A DNA stretch of 64,000 bases from a virus, in the IMG/VR virus record IMGVR_UViG_3300010412_000002, positions 32,001-96,000 of that record. One strand, given 5' to 3'. Made by a program: the position numbers and the translations under genes. Positions 6,979-15,484 of this stretch are shown here, piece after piece. The notes beneath the pieces are model-generated. The model saw nothing but the letters and a program-made list of their open reading frames with translations, had not been told where the DNA came from and made no database searches. How positions within the stretch are numbered: the stretch's first letter is position 1; every line of letters begins with the position of its first letter.

Positions 6979-7188
6979 ATGAACAAAAAAGTAGTTAGAA
7001 CTCTTCTATTACTAGATAAGCAAATAGACATTATATGTCATGGTAACGAAGAAGCTGTTCGGATGCATATTACGGATAAACGTAATCAAATTAGCCAGAG
7101 CATACGATTGAACTCTAAAGAAATTACTCAACTTAGAGATTGGCTAATTGTAATAACAACTGGAAAATTAAACGAAGATGGGAAATAG
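6979..7188 (+). CDS. Hypothetical protein
   Basis: ORF tiling; overlaps next start. Confidence 0.65.
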   Translation: MNKKVVRTLLLLDKQIDIICHGNEEAVRMHITDKRNQISQSIRLNSKEITQLRDWLIVITTGKLNEDGK

Positions 7189-7630
7189 AAGTAGATTAAT
7201 AAACTTCTTATTTGCGGTTCTAGGAACTGTAGTTATGATAGGTGCAGTTATTGCATTACCAAGTGTAGACAAAGACCTACCACCTCTTATTCAAGATATA
7301 TCCAAAAGTTTTCTATTGATAAGCACAATGTTCTTAGGACAACTAGCGATTATGGTCGCATTAGTATTTTCTGTAAAGGACGATGTTATCGAGCTTCAAT
7401 ATGATGTAAATAGGAAACTGAGTAAAATGTTGGACGGAGTTGATACAACTCCAAAAAATGTATCTAATTTGCCAATAATTCTAGTAGATCCATCGCAGAA
7501 AGATCTGCTACAAGATGCATGGGTAATGCATGATCATAATGGCAACACTGCGTATTCTCTAAATGGGGTATCCTGGTTTAGAGCACAACTGCTAGATGAA
7601 TACAAACAAGATGCTCAAAATAAGATTTGA
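7178..7630 (+). CDS. Membrane protein (2 N-terminal TM)
   Basis: Two hydrophobic helices then a soluble domain. Confidence 0.7.
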   Translation: MGNRSRLINFLFAVLGTVVMIGAVIALPSVDKDLPPLIQDISKSFLLISTMFLGQLAIMVALVFSVKDDVIELQYDVNRKLSKMLDGVDTTPKNVSNLPIILVDPSQKDLLQDAWVMHDHNGNTAYSLNGVSWFRAQLLDEYKQDAQNKI

Positions 7631-7736
7631 ACTTCCAAATAACACGGGCTACCTAATGGTTTCTAACTTGATGGCTTTTGGGCTATTTAGAACAGAATGT
7701 TGGGAACTAGGTGGGGATGCTTGGCTAGAAGATTAA
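7611..7736 (+). CDS. Small 41-aa ORF below the ORF-track cutoff
   Basis: MLKIRFELPNNTGYLMVSNLMAFGLFRTECWELGGDAWLED*; fills the gap, with stop 2 nt before the next ATG. Confidence 0.55.
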   Translation: MLKIRFELPNNTGYLMVSNLMAFGLFRTECWELGGDAWLED

Positions 7737-7738
7737 TT

Positions 7739-7984
7739 ATGACAATCAAAGAAGAATATAATAAATACAAAGAAGTATTTATTTCCTGGCCAATTCTAAA
7801 AAGAATTGATGTAAGCCTAAGTGCTGTTTCATTTGCAATGCTTATTACATACTTACTTTCAGAGTGGGTAACTATAGGGGCACTCGGGCTAACTTTATTC
7901 GGCATTAGCTGCATGTTCGCAGTTGCAGAATATATTAGAATTAGGAGAATCAAGAAACATGGAAGTAACAATCGCACAACTTAA
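7739..7984 (+). CDS. Small membrane protein (2 TM)
   Basis: ATG 7739; two hydrophobic segments. Confidence 0.65.
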   Translation: MTIKEEYNKYKEVFISWPILKRIDVSLSAVSFAMLITYLLSEWVTIGALGLTLFGISCMFAVAEYIRIRRIKKHGSNNRTT

Positions 7985-8183
7985 AACCCTCTTAGATGCT
8001 TATCCCGATGATACTATTGTAGTGGTGGATAGCTACGAAGATGGTTATGATGATTTTACCTTAGAGTTAAAATCTGTATATGTAGTAGATCATCCCTCTT
8101 GGTGGGAAGGCCAATACGAAGAAGCCACTGACCAAGAAAATAACTTGAAAGTTCTTGCTCTGAAAAGAGTAGATCGTAAATAA
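7959..8183 (+). CDS. Hypothetical phage protein
   Basis: MEVTIAQLKTLLDAYPDD-type N-terminus common in small phage proteins. Confidence 0.7.
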   Translation: MEVTIAQLKTLLDAYPDDTIVVVDSYEDGYDDFTLELKSVYVVDHPSWWEGQYEEATDQENNLKVLALKRVDRK

Positions 8184-8189
8184 TATAAT

Positions 8190-8438
8190 ATGATTATCTA
8201 TATGGACTACGAGCCAATTATCGAACATTTTACTGGAAAAGACCCCATGGGTTGGCTCGATGATTTTTATCCTGAACTTGAGTTTAATTTAGAAGAACAC
8301 AATGTTTTAGCGATTGATGGGGATGATGACGATGTTATTAGCTTTGCTAATCATATGACAGAAGTAACATGGGCATTTGAGGATATAGAACTATCCTTTC
8401 CGCTGATTCACCAAAATTATGATAAATTACCTTTTTAA
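8190..8438 (+). CDS. Hypothetical acidic protein
   Basis: ORF tiling; TAATG coupling to next gene. Confidence 0.7.
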   Translation: MIIYMDYEPIIEHFTGKDPMGWLDDFYPELEFNLEEHNVLAIDGDDDDVISFANHMTEVTWAFEDIELSFPLIHQNYDKLPF

Positions 8439-8815
8439 TGAAAAAATACTTACTGGCTATTATGCTGTCCCTGGGATTTAATGCAATATATGCACAGTCA
8501 CCTGTAGATATAAAAGTTACAGAAGATTCTATCCCACAAAAACAGCAACTTATGGTAGATTTTAAAGTGTTTAAATCTACTGATCATTCTTATAAACTGC
8601 TAGATGTAGAGGTAGTAGCTTTAGATATTGCAGATATCAAAGCTGCCGATCAAAATGACTTTACTAGAAAACTTTTTGCAAAGCTAATAAACCTATTGTA
8701 TGTCAATGATTACATGAATGGTAAAGTTATACAATATAAGAAGAATCCAGCAGATTCAGCAGGACTTCTAGCGGTAAGAAAAAACTACTATATTAAGATT
8801 TTAAACGTGCGATAA
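8438..8815 (+). CDS. Putative secreted protein (Sec signal peptide)
   Basis: MKKYLLAIMLSLGFNAIYA-Q: basic-hydrophobic signal ending IYA followed by +1 Gln (Bacteroidota Q-rule). Confidence 0.7.
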   Translation: MKKYLLAIMLSLGFNAIYAQSPVDIKVTEDSIPQKQQLMVDFKVFKSTDHSYKLLDVEVVALDIADIKAADQNDFTRKLFAKLINLLYVNDYMNGKVIQYKKNPADSAGLLAVRKNYYIKILNVR

Positions 8816-9084
8816 TGAACTCAGGTAGTCCCACCAAAAAAGTACTTATTAAACCCTATAATTGGGATATGTTTGCTACGTCAATCGAAGAACTGTTAGC
8901 ACAACTAAAGGAAAGGATCACTGGAACATTTGAAGTAATTGCTAAGCATGACGATTCAGTTACTTCTGAGAAAGCTCCACAAAAAGGATATGACTGGGAA
9001 GTGCATATCCGAGTTCCTACAACTGAAGAACAGGAACAAATTTTGAAAGAATTTAGAAAACAAAAAAGAAGAAGTGCTTTATAA
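8815..9084 (+). CDS. Hypothetical protein
   Basis: TAATG-coupled ORF. Confidence 0.65.
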   Translation: MNSGSPTKKVLIKPYNWDMFATSIEELLAQLKERITGTFEVIAKHDDSVTSEKAPQKGYDWEVHIRVPTTEEQEQILKEFRKQKRRSAL

Positions 9085-9571
9085 TATAGAAATAGTAAAA
9101 GATATACCACGGTTTCCTAGACGTAATGCTGGGAAAGATAAAGAATATATCTACCTATTTTCTGAAAATGCGGATAGAACTTCCATTGTGTCAAGAATAG
9201 ATGATACACCAAATCATCTTACCTGGTACGAAGAAAAGTACGGACCGTACTTTGTACCACGGAGATCACAGGCAAGAATACGGGGACTACATAACGCATA
9301 CCCTGTCACAACATTATTCAATAAGCATAATGAACAGTGGTCAGATAAACTATTTGAGGCTTATCGCTACATACTAGATGATGATATTCAGCAAATAATG
9401 ACGGCTTATGGTGGAGGGCAATACCGTGGTATAAAAATTCTAGATAGAGAATTTGGTAACGATAATATGTCTAGAATGAAATACGTAGCACCGAGATGTT
9501 ATAAATATTTAACGGCTCGATTACAAGACATCGGAATTGATAACGAGTCATTGCAAGGCTACAGAGAATGA
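9074..9571 (+). CDS. Hypothetical protein
   Basis: GTG start; overlapping tiling. Confidence 0.65.
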   Translation: MLYNIEIVKDIPRFPRRNAGKDKEYIYLFSENADRTSIVSRIDDTPNHLTWYEEKYGPYFVPRRSQARIRGLHNAYPVTTLFNKHNEQWSDKLFEAYRYILDDDIQQIMTAYGGGQYRGIKILDREFGNDNMSRMKYVAPRCYKYLTARLQDIGIDNESLQGYRE

Positions 9572-9840
9572 ATTCAATATACTTTACAACACTTAATCAG
9601 GCATTTAAAGAAGCTGTTCAATATAATGCCGACGTATATAAAGGGGTAAAAGCTTTAAGAAAGCTTGCTGAAGGCCTAGATCCAATGTACACAGTAGATG
9701 AAGTTGCTGGAGAGTTTGAAACTTTCCTACTTCGATATGAAGATGATATAATGCTAGCTAATGAGTTAACTGCTATTGTACAAGAATTACTAGATGAAGC
9801 CTACTTTGCAGAGCGAATATACCTCGAAAAAAACAATTAG
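9568..9840 (+). CDS. Hypothetical protein
   Basis: ATGA coupling. Confidence 0.7.
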   Translation: MNSIYFTTLNQAFKEAVQYNADVYKGVKALRKLAEGLDPMYTVDEVAGEFETFLLRYEDDIMLANELTAIVQELLDEAYFAERIYLEKNN

Positions 9841-10131
9841 ATGGCTACTAAAACTATTAAACCGAAAATCACAAAAGCTGCAGAAAACCCTAAGGTTAGT
9901 ATTGTAGAAAACGCAGAATACAAGCAGCTAAGAAATGATTATGTACGCCTACAGATTCAAGCTAGACTGCTTGCAAGACTAGTACATGCGTACACCCCCA
10001 GCACGAAACCTGCGTTCACTTCCAAAACGCGATGGGAGCAGATTGCTTACATGAATGCGATTGCGGACCAGGTGCTAGCGCTAGAGTCTCAAATGATTGA
10101 TTACGAAGAACTTAAGCCGAAAAATGATTGA
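9841..10131 (+). CDS. Hypothetical protein
   Basis: Abuts previous stop. Confidence 0.7.
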   Translation: MATKTIKPKITKAAENPKVSIVENAEYKQLRNDYVRLQIQARLLARLVHAYTPSTKPAFTSKTRWEQIAYMNAIADQVLALESQMIDYEELKPKND

Positions 10132-10297
10132 TACAAATATCCTCATATCAATGGTAATCACTGCTGCAGTTATATTTACTGCAAACGTAATTATTGCCAA
10201 ATGGAAAATTAAAAATAAATGTGGGCAAATGGAAAGCCAGGACGAGTGCAATTGCGAAGACTGCGACTTTCAAGGATGTCACAAAAAAGAATTCTAA
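10124..10297 (+). CDS. Small TM protein with Cys-rich tail
   Basis: TM helix then C..CNCEDC...C. Confidence 0.6.
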   Translation: MIDTNILISMVITAAVIFTANVIIAKWKIKNKCGQMESQDECNCEDCDFQGCHKKEF

Positions 10298-10779
10298 TGA
10301 CTATTTTACATATTTCCTTAATGCTTATTGCTGCGCTGATAGGTGTAGTTAGAGCCGCAGGAGAACGTGTTGTAGATTTTTTCTCTTGGAATCATTCTAT
10401 ATTTGCACGTAAATATCCTAAAGAAGTTACAGTTGAAGATTTGAGAAAGGAGACGCCTAAATTTTCACACCCAAGAGAGGTATCCTGGGCTCGTAAAGAT
10501 GTAGGACCTAAATGGCTTCAAACTTTGAAACATACTGTGCTAGTTGGGCTAACCGACCTATGGCATTTTGCAGATCTTGCAACAGCATTTGCTGCTTTCA
10601 TATTGATTCCTCTCCTAATGATTACTCTTTCCTCAGTACTGTGGTGGCAATACGCTATTCTACTTGCTGGAATGTGGATATCTTATTCGGTATTTTTTCA
10701 TTTATTTTATCATAAATTTTTCTATAACGATCCTTTCGCAAACCTACTTGACCCGAGCAAAGTTGTCATAAATAACTAA
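10297..10779 (+). CDS. Membrane protein
   Basis: TAATG coupling; several hydrophobic helices; DLWH motif. Confidence 0.7.
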   Translation: MTILHISLMLIAALIGVVRAAGERVVDFFSWNHSIFARKYPKEVTVEDLRKETPKFSHPREVSWARKDVGPKWLQTLKHTVLVGLTDLWHFADLATAFAAFILIPLLMITLSSVLWWQYAILLAGMWISYSVFFHLFYHKFFYNDPFANLLDPSKVVINN

Positions 10780-10795
10780 GACAAATAAGTACAGC

Positions 10796-11266
10796 ATGAA
10801 AGCTAAATTTAAGCTGTCTTATCGGGATGTTTACAGAAAATTACTTCATATACTAAACGCCTTTCAGGAGGCTGCCTCGGAAGAAAAATTAGCTAGTTCT
10901 GAAATTGATTTGCTAGCAGAGTTTCTAATTCTTCCAAAGAAAAAATTTGAGTATCAACCATTTTCGACCTTAGCTAAGAATAAGGTAATAGAAAATGCTA
11001 AAGCTCAAGGATGGTCTCTCTCAAGAGAAAATATTAATAATAAGATTTATTCTCTTGTGTTAAAAGGTTATTTGTGGAGAGATGATGATGGGGTAGTATA
11101 CCTAAAACCTCATATAAAAAAACTAATAGATCAACTTCGTAAGGATATAGATGTCACTGGAAAATATACTTTCGAAGTAGAATTAGCATTAACAAATGAG
11201 GAAACTAAAGATAAAACCGACGAGCTACGCAGTGATATCGGATTTGACGGAGGCCCAACTGAGTGA
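10796..11266 (+). CDS. Putative winged-helix DNA-binding protein
   Basis: LSRENINNKIYSLVLKGYLWRD..GVVYL resembles a wHTH recognition helix plus wing. Confidence 0.5.
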   Translation: MKAKFKLSYRDVYRKLLHILNAFQEAASEEKLASSEIDLLAEFLILPKKKFEYQPFSTLAKNKVIENAKAQGWSLSRENINNKIYSLVLKGYLWRDDDGVVYLKPHIKKLIDQLRKDIDVTGKYTFEVELALTNEETKDKTDELRSDIGFDGGPTE

Positions 11267-11627
11267 GTTTGGTATTACACGAGATCAAATAGATTTAGTA
11301 GTTGCTTATCAGTTTGATTTTGTGTCAGAATTTTTTGAAAATCCTATAAAAGGCAAACTCTATATCCATGAACTAGGAAGTTTTGTAATCCACGCAAAAA
11401 CAGTAATTGGATTTTTAAAATCTATAATAAGCCGATTAAAGAAGAAACGTGCAAATAATGAACCATATGACATTAATGAAGTTAATAGGTTTAAGCATTG
11501 GTGGAAATATCGGCATGTTGCAATAGAATACGTAGCGAATTATTCGCGACAAAACGTGAAAGGTTTTTATAGGCCTTTCGATATTAAGAAAAATATTTAT
11601 ATACCTAAATCTAAAAAAGGACAATAA
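11196..11627 (+). CDS. Divergent HU/IHF-like DNA-binding protein
   Basis: KLYIHELGSFVI resembles the HU/IHF IxGFGxF strand-turn; basic. Confidence 0.5.
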   Translation: MRKLKIKPTSYAVISDLTEAQLSEFGITRDQIDLVVAYQFDFVSEFFENPIKGKLYIHELGSFVIHAKTVIGFLKSIISRLKKKRANNEPYDINEVNRFKHWWKYRHVAIEYVANYSRQNVKGFYRPFDIKKNIYIPKSKKGQ

Positions 11628-11628
11628 C

Positions 11629-12207
11629 ATGAGTTCATCGCATAAGCTGAAAAGCATTGTTCAAAACAAGACCTATAGCGATCTAGAGGAGCGCTTGGCA
11701 TACAATGAAAATATTCAAGTAGTTCCTAATTACTTCAAGGATATTATGATTCTAGGACCCAAGGGAGTACTAGTAAAAATGTATAAATTTACTGAGCACA
11801 CATCTACTCGTGGCGGGCTCGTAACTCAAAAATATAAAGATTATCTTAAAGATAGTGGCAGTCATGGAGCTAGTCTAGATGACTTCCTATATCAAGCTAG
11901 AGGAATCATTATTAGCATTTCCCCTGAAGCCCAAAAATATATTAACGAGACTCTTTCAGAAGAGGCTGCTGCAAAATTGAAGCCAGGAACAACCGTGTGG
12001 CTGCATCCAGGTAATGGAGTTAATCCTAATAATCAATTCTTATACGATCGTGTACATCCAGTAGTTGAGCAAATTGACTACTTAACTCTTCATCCCAATC
12101 ATATTGATGCCGTGGAACTTTCAACTCCGGTAAAAGAGATTGAATATACGGACACTTATATCGTAGCAGAAACTCCCGTATATGAGCTTCCTGAACAAGA
12201 TGCGTGA
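11629..12207 (+). CDS. Divergent GroES-like co-chaperonin
   Basis: ILGPKGVLVK..EHTSTRGGLV...QARGIIISIS...LKPGTTVWL parallels GroES PLGDRVLVK..EEKTAGGII...GEVVAVG...VKVGDKVLF; GroEL starts 0.8 kb downstream. Confidence 0.6.
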   Translation: MSSSHKLKSIVQNKTYSDLEERLAYNENIQVVPNYFKDIMILGPKGVLVKMYKFTEHTSTRGGLVTQKYKDYLKDSGSHGASLDDFLYQARGIIISISPEAQKYINETLSEEAAAKLKPGTTVWLHPGNGVNPNNQFLYDRVHPVVEQIDYLTLHPNHIDAVELSTPVKEIEYTDTYIVAETPVYELPEQDA

Positions 12208-12808
12208 TTTTGTTGAAGGAAATTACTTATTCTTTAACAGACCACATAACGCACCACATATTAACGAGCAAGCCATGTGGCGAGCTTATCACTGTCAAGA
12301 CTGTCTAAAAGCAGGTAAGTGCAGACATTGTGGATGCAAAACACCAAATATGTTTTTCTCTCCAAACAAAGCCGACTCTGCTAATAAATGGGGGAAAATG
12401 ATGAGTCAGACTCAGTGGGAAGCTTTTAAGGAATCCGAACCTGAGTATAAAATCTTTGAGAAAACATTAATTACCCAAAAGAAAGCTGACAATGCAAGTA
12501 CTGAACTTTACAGAGAGCAGCAAAAATTTCTGGGATATACACCCCCAGTTACAGATCCCCTTTTCGCACACAATCAAAGAGCTGGGAAAGAAGGAGTCAT
12601 CACAACTGCTCTGGGCGATAGCCCTGATGAATCATCCTCGCTCACCATACTACAATCTACCATACGAAGAGAGGAAAGCAACGATCTTGGAGGATTACCA
12701 ACTTCAGGAGGAGAATCTAGTAGAAATGGAGAAGTTAGTGTCATTGTTTCAGAACGTGACAATGACTCCAGAACAGAGACTCTTAATGACCTGGAAGAAG
12801 AAGATTGA
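12182..12808 (+). CDS. Zn-binding (Cys-rich) phage protein
   Basis: CQDC...GKCRHCGC motif; C-terminal tail overlaps the next gene. Confidence 0.65.
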   Translation: MSFLNKMRDFVEGNYLFFNRPHNAPHINEQAMWRAYHCQDCLKAGKCRHCGCKTPNMFFSPNKADSANKWGKMMSQTQWEAFKESEPEYKIFEKTLITQKKADNASTELYREQQKFLGYTPPVTDPLFAHNQRAGKEGVITTALGDSPDESSSLTILQSTIRREESNDLGGLPTSGGESSRNGEVSVIVSERDNDSRTETLNDLEEED

Positions 12809-13004
12809 CGAACGTAATGAACTCGTTAACTCAATAGAATATACTCTTGAGAACTTCGAAACGGTAGATAAACTTATTACGAATACAGATAAAGTATTTA
12901 AACAATATCAAACTGTAAAGGCCGAAGTAGAAAAGCAAGATGAAGCTGCCATGACAACTGAAGGTGGTTCAGTCTTATCTCTATCGGACTTAGATATGAT
13001 CTAA
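12492..13004 (+). CDS. Hypothetical protein (possible terminase small subunit)
   Basis: Helical protein upstream of the packaging module; function inferred from position only. Confidence 0.5.
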   Translation: MQVLNFTESSKNFWDIHPQLQIPFSHTIKELGKKESSQLLWAIALMNHPRSPYYNLPYEERKATILEDYQLQEENLVEMEKLVSLFQNVTMTPEQRLLMTWKKKIDERNELVNSIEYTLENFETVDKLITNTDKVFKQYQTVKAEVEKQDEAAMTTEGGSVLSLSDLDMI

Positions 13005-13014
13005 ATAAAGACAT

Positions 13015-14646
13015 ATGGCTAAAGATGTAACATTCGCTCCACTAGCGGAACTAAAAATAGGAGTAGACATTATTGCTGATGCAGTAAAGTCCACACTAGG
13101 TCCTAAAGGGCGAAATGTAGTTTTGCGTACAAACTATAAAAAGAACGCACCTCACGTCACTAAGGATGGGGTAACGGTTGCCAAAGAAATTGAATTGGCT
13201 GATCCTGTACAGGATGTCGCCGTACAGCTTGTAAAACAGGCCGCAGATAAAACCGCCCAACTTGCTGGGGATGGTACGACTACCGCCACAGTACTGACAC
13301 AAGCAATTTTTAATGAGGGATATAAATTTATCAATGCAGGAGTATCTCCTACAGATCTTCGCAAAGGCATTGAAGAGGCCGCAGAGATTGTTCAAGATTT
13401 TATTGATCAGCAGGCTGTAACACTGGATCTCGAAAAAGAAGAAGACAGACTGAAAGTATTTCAGATCGCTTCACTTTCTGCTAATAATGATGAAAAGGTA
13501 GGGAGTTTAGTAACTGAAGCCACACTGAAAGCTACACTTGACGGCGTGATCGCCATAGAAGATTCAAACACCGCTGAATCATATATTGAGCACCTAGAAG
13601 GTTACTCATTTGATAGGGGATATATCTCACCTCATTTTATTACCGACTCTGAACGTAATGAAGTTGTTTATGAAAATCCATACATCTTTCTATATAATGG
13701 GAAGATTCGCGATATCAATGATATGGCCTCGGTGGCAGAAGAAGTTGCTACTAAAGGAAACAAACAACCACTTCTAGTTATTGCTGATGAGATCGAAGGC
13801 CAAGCTATCCAGTTTCTCGTAGTAAATAAAGTACGAGGAGGATTCCCGCTGGTAGCAGTAAAGGCTCCGTCTTTTGGGGATCGTAGACGTAAGATGCTCG
13901 AAGATATTGCAGTAGCTACTAATGGTGTTGTGATCTCAGATGAGATTGGAGTGCACATTAAGGAAGCAACTATTGAATATTTTGGGAGAGCAGATAAAGT
14001 CGTAATCACTAGTGATAATACTTCTATCATTGGTGGCCATGGAGACAAACGAGAGATTCAGCAGCGAATTGAAGAAATCAAGGCTGAAAAAACTCGTGCT
14101 AAATATGACTGGGAAGCACAGCAACTACAAGAACGTTTAGCTAAACTTGTTGGTGGTGTGTCAGTGATTAGAGTTGGCGCAATTACTGAGCCAGAACTGA
14201 AAGAGAAAAAAGATCGAATTGATGATTCCTTGAATGCTGCTAGATCCGCTATTAAAGGTGGTATTGTACCTGGTGGCGGGTCTATTTTTCTACGGGCGCA
14301 TGATCACTTAATCGAACGGGGACTCCCTAACGATGAATCAAAATTTGGGTATCAATGCCTACTAAATGCCCTAACTTCGCCTTTTTACACTATATGTAGT
14401 AATGCAGGACAATCCGGAGAAAGGTATAGAGGCATGATTGAGTACGATAAATGGCAGGTATATAATGCTGCTACAAATCGAATTGAAGACGCCCTTTCAT
14501 CTGGAATTATTGATCCAGCATTAGTATGCAAGGTTGCACTTGCAAATGCTGCATCAATTGCTACCCTACTCTTAAACACATCAGTTACAATTACCAATGA
14601 TAGCAACGAGCTAGATTTGTCTCAAGCCCCAATGTCACCACTATGA
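13015..14646 (+). CDS. groEL: Group I chaperonin GroEL (Cpn60)
   Basis: TLGPKGRNVV, TKDGVTVAKEI, AGDGTTTATVL, FDRGYISP, AVKAPSFGDRR, GIVPGGG, GIIDP. Confidence 0.97.
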   Translation: MAKDVTFAPLAELKIGVDIIADAVKSTLGPKGRNVVLRTNYKKNAPHVTKDGVTVAKEIELADPVQDVAVQLVKQAADKTAQLAGDGTTTATVLTQAIFNEGYKFINAGVSPTDLRKGIEEAAEIVQDFIDQQAVTLDLEKEEDRLKVFQIASLSANNDEKVGSLVTEATLKATLDGVIAIEDSNTAESYIEHLEGYSFDRGYISPHFITDSERNEVVYENPYIFLYNGKIRDINDMASVAEEVATKGNKQPLLVIADEIEGQAIQFLVVNKVRGGFPLVAVKAPSFGDRRRKMLEDIAVATNGVVISDEIGVHIKEATIEYFGRADKVVITSDNTSIIGGHGDKREIQQRIEEIKAEKTRAKYDWEAQQLQERLAKLVGGVSVIRVGAITEPELKEKKDRIDDSLNAARSAIKGGIVPGGGSIFLRAHDHLIERGLPNDESKFGYQCLLNALTSPFYTICSNAGQSGERYRGMIEYDKWQVYNAATNRIEDALSSGIIDPALVCKVALANAASIATLLLNTSVTITNDSNELDLSQAPMSPL

Positions 14647-15248
14647 TAAGTGCACTATTTATTGATTTAGATGGCACTTTAATTAGAACCAAAAGCAGGA
14701 AAAAGTTCCCGGTCGATAAGTTTGACTGGGAATTTATTCCTCGTACTTTAGAAGTAGTTAAGGAAGCCAAGAACCTAGGGAAAACCCTAGTAATTGTTAC
14801 TAACCAAGGAGGTATTGGAATTGGACGATTAGATGAAGCAGACTTCTTAGAAAAGATGGATGCCATCTGTAATTCTATTCATGAGCTAACTGGTTACGTG
14901 TTAAATGAAGATTTTAGATATTATTATTGTCCTAGCAATGAGGCACAACATTTCGATCGTAAACCAAATCCAGGTATGGCTTATCAAGCTGCTCTAGACA
15001 TGGGTATTAGTTTACGTCATAGTGTCATGATTGGAGACGCTTCTGGTAAAAAGGATGATTGGTCTGCTAGTGATCTCAACTTCTCGATTAATGCGGGTAT
15101 TGGAAAATATATTGATGTAGATTCCTACCTCAAATCAGGATTCTTTGACCCGAGACAGATGTTATCATTCTTTGTGAAACGAACTTTTAAAAGTTGGAAA
15201 GAACGGGAAGAAGACAAGGAATTCTTTAAAGATATAAATGGAGACTAA
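14643..15248 (+). CDS. HAD-IIIA phosphatase (polynucleotide 3'-phosphatase-like)
   Basis: DLDGT, VTNQGGI, RKPNPGM, MIGDASG..DWSASDLNF. Confidence 0.85.
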   Translation: MISALFIDLDGTLIRTKSRKKFPVDKFDWEFIPRTLEVVKEAKNLGKTLVIVTNQGGIGIGRLDEADFLEKMDAICNSIHELTGYVLNEDFRYYYCPSNEAQHFDRKPNPGMAYQAALDMGISLRHSVMIGDASGKKDDWSASDLNFSINAGIGKYIDVDSYLKSGFFDPRQMLSFFVKRTFKSWKEREEDKEFFKDINGD

Positions 15249-15484
15249 TGAACTTATCTGAACAAAGTTATTATCCTAAGAAAATCAAACTGGCTCAATT
15301 ATTCTTTGAACGATATTTCATTGAGGGTAGAAGTGGAAGATTACCACTAAATGAGTTTGAGTTTGATAGTGGCAATATGTGCTACGTACCAGTAAATATG
15401 ACAAAAGAACGTGAGGTTACGCTTTCAATGAAACAATTTGAACAAGCTGCACGTTTAGGAACAGTAGAAGAAATTCATGATTAA
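15248..15484 (+). CDS. Hypothetical protein
   Basis: Coupled ORF between the HAD gene and the terminase. Confidence 0.65.
   Translation: MNLSEQSYYPKKIKLAQLFFERYFIEGRSGRLPLNEFEFDSGNMCYVPVNMTKEREVTLSMKQFEQAARLGTVEEIHD

Noticed and set aside
13096-14866. Antisense ORFs within groEL/HAD, and similar shadows across the structural genes and giant ORF
   Set aside because: Shadows of strongly supported + strand genes, with no motifs of their own
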